NCBI GenBank assembly: GCA_027452085.1
Contig: DAIDHG010000013.1
Span: forward strand, 1-22,701
Length of the DNA stretch: 22,701 nucleotides
Reading direction: 5' to 3'
Source of the DNA: a bacterium
GTDB lineage: Bacteria; Babelota; Babeliae; Babelales; JABCYS01
In this document: piece by piece, positions 1 through 8,895 of the stretch
How positions within the stretch are numbered: position 1 is the stretch's first letter
How the letters are laid out: every line of letters starts with the position of its first letter
Program-made: the position numbers and the translations under genes
Notes under the pieces: model-generated
What the model was told of the DNA's origin: nothing
Databases searched by the model: none
The model's input: the letters and a program-made list of their open reading frames with translations, nothing else

Positions 1-235
1 CTACTGCACAGACTCACGATTGTGTTGTGAGCAAATAGTGCGATGCTGAGCAATGGGAGCAGTCTATTGCATGATGCAGCACAACCTTCTACACTTACCG
101 CCCAACAACTAAAAATTCCTTCTCGTTCTGTGTTTTGAAAAAATGCTTCTTTCACAAGATGCTCATTGCATCAAAAGATCACGGTATGAAACGAGGGGAG
201 AGCTCTGTAAAAATATATATTTGGTAATAGACCCC

Positions 236-1756
236 ATGACTGGGATTTGGCAAGAATTTCTCAACATTGCAAAGCAAGAAGCTGGCAGCCAGATGGTAGA
301 AACCTGGTTGCGCGCCGTAAAGCTTGTGCAATGGAATATACACGATCAAACGGTGCTTCTTGAGGCACCAAATAGCTTTGTGCGAGAATGGCTCCAGCAA
401 CATTATTTGCCTTTCTTCGAACAGCATCTTGCGCGACTATTTAATGTTGATTCCATTACTATCGCCTTTCTTGCCCAAGACTCTGTGCAACAAACCATTC
501 GTATAAAACCTGCGGTTGCAGATGCATCAAAGCCCCATGAAGAATCTAAACAAACACATCAAACCCAACTATTCGACACGCCGCCCGAGCTCCGTCAATC
601 CAATGTAGGCAAAAGTTTTATGCCAGCATCAGCAGTTACTGGCATCGAACCACGAACTACCAGCCCAATAACCAATGTTCCAAGCCTTACCAAGAGATCG
701 ATACCAGCCGCTGCGATGGTGGGCTACAAGAGCCAAATTCAACCCTTTAATAGCGCCTTTACCTTTGATTCATTCGTGGTCGGACCAAATAATGAATTGG
801 CACACGCAGCTGCGCTTGCAGTCACGCAAGATCAAAAAGGATGTAATCCATTATTCATCTACGCACCTTCTGGATTAGGTAAAACGCATTTACTTCATGC
901 CATTGGCAACGCTTTACAAAATTCATCAGCGCGAGTTTTGTATCAAACGGCTGAGCGGTTTGTGCAGGATTACATCAACTCCATCCGCTTTGAAAAAATT
1001 CATCAATTTCAGCTTAAATACAAAGATGTAGACCTATTGCTCATTGATGATGTGCAGTTTTTATCCAATAAAGAGCAGACGCAAGAAGCTTTTTTCCATA
1101 TCTTCAATGCATTATACGACGCACAAAAGCAACTCGTATTTACCTCTGATACCTATCCCCATCAACTCAGTGGTATTGCAGATCGATTGCGCTCACGTTT
1201 TGAAAGCGGCCTCATTGTAGACATTCTTCCGCCTTCACTGGAAACGAAGGTGGCCATATTAAAGAAAAAAGCTGAGCAAAATAATGTAATCCTTCCTGAT
1301 GAGGTAGCCTTCTTTCTCGCTTCACGCAACACCGGCAATGTGCGCACGCTCGAAGGTTCGTTAATTCAGGTCATGGCCGTAGCAGCCCTGACCAAGCAAC
1401 AGGTAAACTTAGATGCGGCCAAGCGTGCGTTAATGCGCTATGGCCAGGAAAAGATTGCCAATGCCGTTAACTTTGATCGTATTGTAAAACGTGTGTGCGA
1501 ACATTACTCATATAACTTGAGCGATTTNNNNNNNNNNTCGGAAAGTAAAACGAAAGAGCTCGCGCTCGCTCGGCAAGTTGCCATGTATCTCATGAAAAAA
1601 TTAACGAGCAAATCGTTACAAGAAATTGGTTATTTCTTGGGGCGCAAAGATCATTCAACGGTGCTCCACGGATTTAATAAAATTAAGAATTGGATTGAGT
1701 CGTCTCCTGATTTCTCAGCACAACTGATGGCGTTGGAAGCAAAAATTCTGAGCTAA
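236..1756 (+). CDS. dnaA: Chromosomal replication initiator DnaA
   Basis: Domain I (W..FL...ETWL..., LEAPNSFVREWL), FTFDSFVVGPNN, NPLFIY, Walker A APSGLGKTHLL, Walker B LLLIDDVQF, RLRSRF, NVRTLEG, domain IV ARQVAMYL...IGYFLGRKDHSTVLH. Start moved from 143 to ATG 236 (MTGIWQEF) because DnaA domain I normally begins at that Trp. Contains 10 N at 1528-1537. Confidence 0.97.
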   Translation: MTGIWQEFLNIAKQEAGSQMVETWLRAVKLVQWNIHDQTVLLEAPNSFVREWLQQHYLPFFEQHLARLFNVDSITIAFLAQDSVQQTIRIKPAVADASKPHEESKQTHQTQLFDTPPELRQSNVGKSFMPASAVTGIEPRTTSPITNVPSLTKRSIPAAAMVGYKSQIQPFNSAFTFDSFVVGPNNELAHAAALAVTQDQKGCNPLFIYAPSGLGKTHLLHAIGNALQNSSARVLYQTAERFVQDYINSIRFEKIHQFQLKYKDVDLLLIDDVQFLSNKEQTQEAFFHIFNALYDAQKQLVFTSDTYPHQLSGIADRLRSRFESGLIVDILPPSLETKVAILKKKAEQNNVILPDEVAFFLASRNTGNVRTLEGSLIQVMAVAALTKQQVNLDAAKRALMRYGQEKIANAVNFDRIVKRVCEHYSYNLSDXXXXSESKTKELALARQVAMYLMKKLTSKSLQEIGYFLGRKDHSTVLHGFNKIKNWIESSPDFSAQLMALEAKILS

Positions 1757-2802
1757 GAGGTATACACATCCCAATTGGCTAACTGAGCATTTTTGCGATC
1801 GCGCTTCGTTCTAAAAAAGCGGTCTTTCATACATTTGGTTGCCAATTTCTTATACCAATCAAAATAGCTGTCTACCACGAATCGTTCTTTCAATCCAACG
1901 AGCGCACGGAAATTTTCAGTATCAATGACAACCATTTTTCCAGTGTCTTCTTCGATCATGAAATTTTGCAAATGTGGGTCAATGCGGTATTGGGCAAATT
2001 GGCTCAATCTCAAACACCTTTTTGAATTTACAAAATCAAACCACGGCCTATCTTGGGCCTTGATGCAGTCAGCAATAATAGCATAGAGCCCTGGAATGGT
2101 TGTTTTATAGCCCCGATCGCAATTTCCCATATTCTTTCCCTCTACCACAAGCCAGCGCGGCTCTTGAGGCAGCCAATACCATTTCCGCGGAAAGTCGACG
2201 ACCTTTGACCAATAGGCGTCGTGCTGCACTAATTTTTGTATCTCTTCAAGGTTTTTGATTCGCGTAAAGCCAGTTAAATGGCGCATGATGCCACCGCCCA
2301 TAATAAAAAAGAAGCCTGGCTCCATGCCTTTACTAAATGGTGAAACAAAGTTTTTTGGCGTTTCAGAAAATAGTTTTACGACAAACGGATACTTTTTAAA
2401 TTTCAGCACTAAAGCCCCGCACTCATTTACGTAGCTATAATCAGTATCCTTCAGCACTTCAAAATCGGTAAAACGCTTTCTGTGTTGGGCAAGCTCTTTG
2501 AGCAAACCTTCAATGAGCTGGCTCAATATTTCACCCGGTACTGATTGCGTTGTATCACGGCGGAACGAAATGGCATGGTGCGGTAACAGATGGGTATCAA
2601 AAAACTCTTTATCGTAGGGCCGAAAAATTGGGCCGTATTCCAGGTGGGAATCTTTGAGCGTAAATTTTTTATCGGGCTCATGTTGCCAGTAGGTAGTGAT
2701 TTCGGGCACATGTACCGATGGTCGCAAAATACTTCGGTTGGCCGCTTCAAGCGGTAATGCACCAAGCAGTATTAAAAATAAGTTACTCAATCGTGCCATC
2801 AT
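1753..2802 (-). CDS. Secreted hypothetical protein with protein-kinase-like motifs
   Basis: Long ORF; start re-called at 2802 (MMARLSNLFLILLGALPLEA, signal-peptide-like). Motifs FVVKLF, DPHLQNFMI and VVIDTE occur in kinase order. Stop overlaps the dnaA stop. Confidence 0.7.
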   Translation of the reverse strand: MMARLSNLFLILLGALPLEAANRSILRPSVHVPEITTYWQHEPDKKFTLKDSHLEYGPIFRPYDKEFFDTHLLPHHAISFRRDTTQSVPGEILSQLIEGLLKELAQHRKRFTDFEVLKDTDYSYVNECGALVLKFKKYPFVVKLFSETPKNFVSPFSKGMEPGFFFIMGGGIMRHLTGFTRIKNLEEIQKLVQHDAYWSKVVDFPRKWYWLPQEPRWLVVEGKNMGNCDRGYKTTIPGLYAIIADCIKAQDRPWFDFVNSKRCLRLSQFAQYRIDPHLQNFMIEEDTGKMVVIDTENFRALVGLKERFVVDSYFDWYKKLATKCMKDRFFRTKRDRKNAQLANWDVYTS

Positions 2803-2811
2803 AGTGTTTCT

Positions 2812-2966
2812 TCTCAAGCAGTTTGGCTGTCGTATATTTCTGACAAGTAAAGGCACTCTCATGTAACGCTCCTACAAAATACCACTCTCTTGGCTTCGAC
2901 GAGCGGGGCTCCACTCGCCTAAAAGAGTGTATTTTGCTAGTCGCTGTCTTAAGCAATACGCTGAGA
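2812..2966 (-). ncRNA. Candidate structured intergenic RNA (long imperfect hairpin; 6S-like or cis-regulatory leader)
   Basis: Nested complementary arms: TCTCA/TGAGA at the ends, CAAAATAC (2875-2882)/GTATTTTG (2929-2936), ACTCT/AGAGT, GGC/GCC, GAGTGG/CCGCTC. Several plus-strand mismatches become G-U pairs on the minus strand. Confidence 0.4.
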
Positions 2967-2983
2967 TAATCGAACCCCAAAAT

Positions 2984-4126
2984 TTATGCATACTTGGCGC
3001 AATATTGCGTAATGCCATCACAAATACCACGCGCCAACGTATCTTGATACGTGGTCGTATTTAAACGGATTGCTTCCTGTTCATTTGATAAAAAGCCAAG
3101 TTCAATTAATACCGATGGCATGTTGGTACCAAGCAACACCTGAGAGATTGCCTTTTTCACTTTTAAATCAGGCACATTTGGGTAATTTCGATGAATACTG
3201 TTCAAGGTGAGCTGGTGAACATTTTGTGCCAGAATTGCACTCTGCTCATCTCGCCATGTTTGGCGCTGCTGGCTCATGTTATGGTGATTGGCAGTATACA
3301 CATCGACTGTTGCTGGAAGATTTAGAAAATAGGTTTCAATGCCAGCCGTTGTAGGGCGCGGTGAACTATTGGCGTGAATCGAAACAAAAAGATCTGCGCC
3401 CCATTCATTGGCAAAGGTAGTTCGTTCATCAAGTGGTACAAATACATCATGCGCTCTCGTTGTTGCCACCGTAAATCCGGCGTGCTGTAAATGCTGTGCA
3501 ACCTTTGCCCCTACTTGATAAGCAATATCTTTTTCACGAATATTAAAATGGCCTACGGCACCGCTATCTTCTCCCCCATGGCCTTGATCTATCACAATCC
3601 TAGTGCCTTTTGCTAAACGGTGCGGCGCTGAATTGTGATCTTTCAATTGTTCAAGCACATCCAAATGATGTAATTGGAATACAACGCCAGGCTGCTGCTG
3701 AATTGAATTGAAGGTAGCGTAGGTAATACGCACCTTTCTGGGGTCAAATGAAAATTGAAACATGATCCCGTCAATGGGGGTGGTCACTTCAGCCACTTGA
3801 ATTTTATACCACGGCGTTACCTGCGTTTGATTGAGCTGTTGAGATCCGGGAGCATTATGCGTTATTCGTCCTTCTTTATTGATACGATCGATCGCCGCAC
3901 GAGCTTCAGCGGATGATACCTTAGCCTTAGGGATCATGAATTTAACCACGGCCTGGTTCTCAGCCACTTTGCGAACCGGAATGAGATTCACGACAGGACG
4001 CTCTGCAAAGTAGCAGCCAATGTTATCGGTAATAGCACCGCGATGATAAAAAAAGCGATTAAGCTTGTTCAGCTGCGCGTGTGCTGTTGCACACATAAGC
4101 AGCAGTAATAATGTACAGTAACGCAT
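2984..4126 (-). CDS. N-acetylmuramoyl-L-alanine amidase (Amidase_3) with signal peptide and uncharacterised N-terminal domain
   Basis: IVIDQGHGGEDSGAVG, EKD, LDERTTFAN, DLFVSIHANS, GIETY, MPSVLIELGFLSN; signal peptide ending ATAHA. Confidence 0.93.
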   Translation of the reverse strand: MRYCTLLLLLMCATAHAQLNKLNRFFYHRGAITDNIGCYFAERPVVNLIPVRKVAENQAVVKFMIPKAKVSSAEARAAIDRINKEGRITHNAPGSQQLNQTQVTPWYKIQVAEVTTPIDGIMFQFSFDPRKVRITYATFNSIQQQPGVVFQLHHLDVLEQLKDHNSAPHRLAKGTRIVIDQGHGGEDSGAVGHFNIREKDIAYQVGAKVAQHLQHAGFTVATTRAHDVFVPLDERTTFANEWGADLFVSIHANSSPRPTTAGIETYFLNLPATVDVYTANHHNMSQQRQTWRDEQSAILAQNVHQLTLNSIHRNYPNVPDLKVKKAISQVLLGTNMPSVLIELGFLSNEQEAIRLNTTTYQDTLARGICDGITQYCAKYA

Positions 4127-4150
4127 AACTTTCTCTCCTTAAGTGTATCA

Positions 4151-5233
4151 CTACGCAACGCCAGAATCGACCATGATTGCGAAGTTGTGTCGTCTTCCCC
4201 ATGCTGTTAGGAATGAATTTAAATCATATTTCACTACTGTTTTTTCATCTGCATCAAATGCCGGATCATGGCAAATAACCTTTTTGTGTCGCGCATCGTA
4301 GCCCACTACCAACAGTAAATGACCAGAGGTATAGCCCGTTGCACCACCCTTTAATGGCCCCTGCACACTCACCATTACTGGCACACCACGTGCCAGCTGA
4401 CGATGTAAATCTACAAATGAAGGTAATCGCATATGCCACCACGCTCGTTGACAACCCGTTGCTTGAAAAGCAAAGGCAACATTAAAAGGCCAACTGCCAA
4501 AAGTATCAAGGCCGGCATCATACACTTCATGCGCGACTTGCACGGGATTAACCGGTGCATTGGCCACATAGGCCAACAACATACTTAATGAAGTTGGTGA
4601 ACACAGATGCGGCGCACGGGGGTGCTGCAAAACCATCTGTGAATATTTTGGCACATCATCTACGTGAACGGTTTTTAAAACCGGCGCTATTTTCCGACCT
4701 GCGTCAGGTATAAATTTTTTAAGATCAGCAATATTTACAAACAAGCCACGCAGTTCGCCGAGATCAGCGCCATCGTGGGCCTCTACACGCAAGCGATAGC
4801 CATCTGCTAAATCTGGCACTTCCAGCCGCACATGCATGCCTTGCGAATCATGTTCTTTGCTTATATAAGAGCGCTGAATAGAGTTGCCCCAATCGATCAT
4901 TTTATGCCACGGCAACCATTGTTTTGTTTTCGTACTCCGTGCTTGCACATAAAAGCTAAAATGGCCCGTGTTTGGCTTTAATGCGTTCCATGAAAAGATA
5001 AGCTGCGAAAATGGTTGCGTATCAACCTGCAGGAAGGTAGCCTGATTTTTGTTGTGAAATTGAGCTCGTTCCGCGTTATCAAATTGCTTTGCATAAAACC
5101 ACGTCCAGGCATTTCGCTCGGATCCCTGCTTGGTCTTGGTAAAAAATGTAGAATCAAAAATTGATTCTGCCCGCAGCATTGGTTGCGCACACGCACCCAA
5201 AAGAACCAATGCCAATAATTGTATAACTCTCAT
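4151..5233 (-). CDS. Secreted C39-like (papain-fold) peptidase
   Basis: YSQM...LCSPTSLSM (Gln and catalytic Cys), GHLLLVVGYD (His), VICHDPA (Asp); N-terminal hydrophobic signal; SWNA-containing N-terminal domain. Confidence 0.82.
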   Translation of the reverse strand: MRVIQLLALVLLGACAQPMLRAESIFDSTFFTKTKQGSERNAWTWFYAKQFDNAERAQFHNKNQATFLQVDTQPFSQLIFSWNALKPNTGHFSFYVQARSTKTKQWLPWHKMIDWGNSIQRSYISKEHDSQGMHVRLEVPDLADGYRLRVEAHDGADLGELRGLFVNIADLKKFIPDAGRKIAPVLKTVHVDDVPKYSQMVLQHPRAPHLCSPTSLSMLLAYVANAPVNPVQVAHEVYDAGLDTFGSWPFNVAFAFQATGCQRAWWHMRLPSFVDLHRQLARGVPVMVSVQGPLKGGATGYTSGHLLLVVGYDARHKKVICHDPAFDADEKTVVKYDLNSFLTAWGRRHNFAIMVDSGVA

Positions 5234-5343
5234 GTATTTCCTAAAGATTCAATTTTTGTTGCATAATAGATGCAGCAGTATACGCTATTTGTAGTTCTGA
5301 TATTAGCGTAACGAAAACCTTTTTCTTAAAACAAGGGAATACG

Positions 5344-6591
5344 ATGATTAATGAAGGCAATGCTTTGGCCAAGCACACCTTACGCTTGTTTTTACTGATT
5401 CCTACAACGTTTTTGGCCCTACATAATGCTTTTGCACAGTCAAAAAATAAGATCGCTCCAGCACAGTACGCAATATGCTGCGTGCCCATTGCCGATGTTT
5501 TAGGCGGTCCCGTTTCTGCTGAACAGTTTGATTGGTATGAACAACCTATATGCGCTGACAATATATGCGGCGCCTGCAAACGAATAGACCAGCTATTATT
5601 TAACGAGATGGTTGAAGTAGTAGGCGTTTGTGATGATGGCAAACAAGTGCATATCAAATTACCAGGCAAGATGTATGAAACTCATCAGGCAAGAACGCCA
5701 CGTACCGACGGCTGGGTAGCCCGCAAAAATTTATTATTTGTTCGGGATTTAAAGGCAGACAGGAGCGATGCAAAACACCTTCCACCACCGCTGACGCTGG
5801 ACAAACAAGATCGTGCACATCAACTACAACACACCATAACGCTGAAAGAGCCATGCCCGATGCCGGGCACGGGCACATATTTTTCTGTGGGCACACGCTT
5901 TGTTATCAAGCAACAGATTAAAAATGGGTATGAGGTGTGGTGGCTGAACCCCAATAAGGAAAATACGTTGGATGTGTTGCGAATACCTACGCACTATTGC
6001 CTGACCTACAATGCATCACTGACTACCGACCAACGGCGGCACCTTATGATCGATCTGGCACGAAACATGATTCAGCGATCAGGCGAAGTTGCGTATGTTT
6101 GGGGTGGCTGCAGCATGATTGCTCCTTGCTATGACAAGATTGAATATCCAATTAAAAAAACCGGCAACTTAATTTTTGATCGGGCGCAGGATAGTTTGCC
6201 GCGAAATGGCATTGATTGTTCAGGGCTCATTTGCCGAACGGCTTTAATGGCCGGCATATATATGCCATATAAAAACAGCATTACCATGGCACGTAATTTG
6301 CGCGAAATTCACCGCGTACAAGATATTAAAGTTGGCGATGTTATTTGGATTCCCGGGCATGTCATGCTCGTGAGCTCATTAGAAAAAAATCTGCTTATTG
6401 AAGCGCGCCATTATCTTCATGGCTATGGCCGCGTACACGAAATCCCCTTAGCGGAAGAATTTGCGGGCATAAAAACCTATGCAGATTTGATACAAGCTAT
6501 CAATCAGAAAAAGCCGATCATGAGAAAAGACAGACATGGCAACCATGTACAAAAATTGCATGATATCAAAATATTATCTTTGACCGCATAA
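5344..6591 (+). CDS. NlpC/P60 (C40) cell-wall endopeptidase with probable SH3-like N-terminal domains
   Basis: YVWGG...GIDCSGL...GDVIWIPGHVMLV...LIEA; QLLFNE.V.V and GWV motifs resemble SH3b; signal peptide ending AFA. Confidence 0.87.
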   Translation: MINEGNALAKHTLRLFLLIPTTFLALHNAFAQSKNKIAPAQYAICCVPIADVLGGPVSAEQFDWYEQPICADNICGACKRIDQLLFNEMVEVVGVCDDGKQVHIKLPGKMYETHQARTPRTDGWVARKNLLFVRDLKADRSDAKHLPPPLTLDKQDRAHQLQHTITLKEPCPMPGTGTYFSVGTRFVIKQQIKNGYEVWWLNPNKENTLDVLRIPTHYCLTYNASLTTDQRRHLMIDLARNMIQRSGEVAYVWGGCSMIAPCYDKIEYPIKKTGNLIFDRAQDSLPRNGIDCSGLICRTALMAGIYMPYKNSITMARNLREIHRVQDIKVGDVIWIPGHVMLVSSLEKNLLIEARHYLHGYGRVHEIPLAEEFAGIKTYADLIQAINQKKPIMRKDRHGNHVQKLHDIKILSLTA

Positions 6592-6601
6592 AACATTGAA
6601 T

Positions 6602-7180
6602 TTAAATCTTAACGATGCGAATCTTACTCACCATAAGAAGTGCTAATCCGCATACAAGACAACAAATACCTTTTGGTGTGACCAGCCAGGGAAGGTAGGT
6701 GGCCAGTTGATGTTGGCAGAGCACAATGAGTGAAAGGATAAAGGCAGCCAATGTGGTGGGCACCCCATGAAAATAGGTACTGTTACATTGTACATTGAAT
6801 CGGGCAAGCCGATATAGTCCAGCACAAAGGTAAGCGACCAAAGATGCCATACCAAGTCGCGGACTTATTATGAATTGACTATAAATAAGAACGACCGGCG
6901 CCAAACAGAACGAAATACCATCGGCTAAGGAATCTAGTTCACCACCAAGTTCACTGGTCACTCGCAGAGCCCGTGCTATACGCCCATCAATGCCATCACA
7001 AAAAACGGCACCGATCAAACACACTGCCCCTTTGGTTACTTCGCCCTCTATCGCATAAAGAATTGCGAATAAACCGAGCGCCGCATTTGCAAAGGTAAGT
7101 AATTGGGGAATAGCTCGTGCAACAAGCCGATCTTGCTTGGTTCGTGCGCGAACTCTGTGCAATAACAAGCGAGCATTCAT
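6602..7180 (-). CDS. pssA: CDP-diacylglycerol--serine O-phosphatidyltransferase
   Basis: CDP-alcohol phosphotransferase motif DGIDGRIARAL...GGELDSLAD, RLARFN, F.G.P; directly downstream of psd. Confidence 0.92.
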   Translation of the reverse strand: MNARLLLHRVRARTKQDRLVARAIPQLLTFANAALGLFAILYAIEGEVTKGAVCLIGAVFCDGIDGRIARALRVTSELGGELDSLADGISFCLAPVVLIYSQFIISPRLGMASLVAYLCAGLYRLARFNVQCNSTYFHGVPTTLAAFILSLIVLCQHQLATYLPWLVTPKGICCLVCGLALLMVSKIRIVKI

Positions 7181-7190
7181 ACGCAGATCC

Positions 7191-7844
7191 TCAAATCATT
7201 CCTGCGATAACGGTTTGGCCTCCATAAACTCGCTCACCCACACGCACCGCTAGCGCGGTATTGGCTGGCAAAAAGAGATCAATCCGTGATCCGAATTTAA
7301 TCATACCATAGGGGGTAGCTGCTTTCATAGAGTCGCCCTCTTTTGCCCAGCAAACAATGCGGCGAGCTACGGTTCCGGCAATCTGACGAACGAGAACTGG
7401 TCCATAATCGGTGGTTATCAAAAGATCATTTCGTTCATTTACCTCAGAAGCTTCGGGTGCCCAGGCAACCTTAAAAAGACCAGCTTTGTGCATAACTTTT
7501 CCTATAATGCCTGCTGCGGGCGTCCAATTCACATGCACATCAAGGGGAGAGAGGAATATTGAGATACGATAGGCATATGAACCTTCTAATTGATTCTGTG
7601 GATCGTGAATGATATCTACCACCTTACCATCGGATGGTGAGATAACCGCACCGCGCTCATCAAGCAACTTAGGCTTTCTGTTGGGAAAACGAAAAAAATA
7701 AACTGAAAAGAGGAAGAATACCAATACCGGTATTAATAAGATTGGGAATAGCCAACCGATAATAGGCACGGGCAACACTGTTGCCAAGAAAATTGAACGA
7801 CCTTCTGTCCAAAGAAGATTGTTTTTAATGTATGTGTCGATCAT
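7191..7844 (-). CDS. psd: Phosphatidylserine decarboxylase proenzyme
   Basis: FFR.P.R, SPSDGKV, ISIFLSPLDVHVN, NER, QIAGTVARRI, FGSR self-cleavage site; GGAGG RBS upstream. Confidence 0.96.
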   Translation of the reverse strand: MIDTYIKNNLLWTEGRSIFLATVLPVPIIGWLFPILLIPVLVFFLFSVYFFRFPNRKPKLLDERGAVISPSDGKVVDIIHDPQNQLEGSYAYRISIFLSPLDVHVNWTPAAGIIGKVMHKAGLFKVAWAPEASEVNERNDLLITTDYGPVLVRQIAGTVARRIVCWAKEGDSMKAATPYGMIKFGSRIDLFLPANTALAVRVGERVYGGQTVIAGMI

Positions 7845-7869
7845 GTTACCTCCAGTTATTCATTCAAAA

Positions 7870-7943
7870 TGCGCTCGGCTGGAATTGAACCAGCGGCCTA
7901 CAAGTTAGGAACCTGTCGCTCTATCCGACTGAGCTACGAGCGC
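7870..7943 (-). tRNA. tRNA-Arg(CCT), CCA not encoded
   Basis: Reverse complement GCGCTCG TAGCTCAGTCGGATAGAGC G ACAGG TT CCT AA CTTGT AGGCC GCTGG TTCAATT CCAGC CGAGCGC A folds as a cloverleaf. Confidence 0.95.
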
Positions 7944-8036
7944 AGCGGCTCTTCAAAGTGCGCATCAATGGTCTAGCAAAATATTACTGCGCATCGATCC
8001 AAGCATGCCTATTGTATACTATCAACGTGTCGTAAT

Positions 8037-8112
8037 TGGTGCGCCCGGAAGGACTCGAACCTTCAACCTACGGTTCCGAAGACCGGCGCTCTATCCATTG
8101 AGCTACGGGCGC
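8037..8112 (-). tRNA. tRNA-Arg(TCG), CCA encoded
   Basis: Reverse complement GCGCCCG TAGCTCAATGGATAGAGC G CCGGT CT TCG GA ACCGT AGGTT GAAGG TTCGAGT CCTTC CGGGCGC ACCA; one C:U mismatch at the top of the anticodon stem. Confidence 0.95.
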
Positions 8113-8166
8113 ATACATTTCAAAAGGACCAATGTTGTACCATAAAATAACTTTTTCGCTACCGGC

Positions 8167-8895
8167 TCAACGCAAAACACAATGAATCAAAAACTCTTTA
8201 TTGCCCGAACTACCTTCTATGGGCGAATCAATAACTTCGCTGCAATCAAAGCCTTCGTGCTCGAGCCCCTGCTTTACTCGTTCGATCACTTGGGCATGCA
8301 CCTTTGGATCTTTGATGACACCTCCAGGGCCTACGTGCTCTTTGCCCGCCTCAAACTGAGGTTTAATCAGTGCGATTAATTGGCCATGTGGTTTCATTAA
8401 TTTTTTGACCGCGTCGATCACTTTGAGCAAGGAGATAAAAGATAAATCAAGGGTGACCAAATCAACCAGCTCCGGCAACGTTTCCAAATGCCGCAGGTTG
8501 GTGCGCTCGATCACCACCACGTGTGAATCGTTACGGATTTTTTCGTGCACCTGGCCATATCCGACATCAACGCCATATATTTTTGCAGCACCGCGCTGCA
8601 GAAGGCAATCGGTAAACCCGCCGGTTGAAAGTCCGGCATCGAGCACCACCAGACCATGCACATCTACCTGAAAGTAATCAAGGGCACGTTCAAGCTTATA
8701 GCCGGCGCGCGAGACAAATTTTTGCTCAGCCAAGGCAACGGAAATTTTTGCATCCTCAGCTACTTGGGCCCCTGGTTTGGTTGCCGGCTTACCTTCAACC
8801 GAGACCTTCCCTTGCATGATCAGGCTTTGAATGTGCGTGCGACTTAACTCAGGATGTTGCTGCGCTACAAGTACGTCTAATCGTTTTTTAGGCAT
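8167..8895 (-). CDS. tlyA: TlyA-family rRNA (cytidine-2'-O)-methyltransferase
   Basis: S4 domain KKRLD, FVSRAGYKL, LDAGLSTGGFTDCLLQRGA, DVGYGQ, DLSFISL, LIKPQFE, SPIEG..GNKEFL. Confidence 0.96.
   Translation of the reverse strand: MPKKRLDVLVAQQHPELSRTHIQSLIMQGKVSVEGKPATKPGAQVAEDAKISVALAEQKFVSRAGYKLERALDYFQVDVHGLVVLDAGLSTGGFTDCLLQRGAAKIYGVDVGYGQVHEKIRNDSHVVVIERTNLRHLETLPELVDLVTLDLSFISLLKVIDAVKKLMKPHGQLIALIKPQFEAGKEHVGPGGVIKDPKVHAQVIERVKQGLEHEGFDCSEVIDSPIEGSSGNKEFLIHCVLR

Noticed and set aside
1..235. oriC or a partial gene upstream of dnaA
   Set aside because: No convincing DnaA boxes; an open minus-strand frame exists but lacks a supportable start.
7944..8036. Short TGCGCATC direct repeat between the tRNAs as an att site or tRNA remnant
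   Set aside because: Only 8-11 bp, no integrase in the window, and no duplicated tRNA 3' end found.
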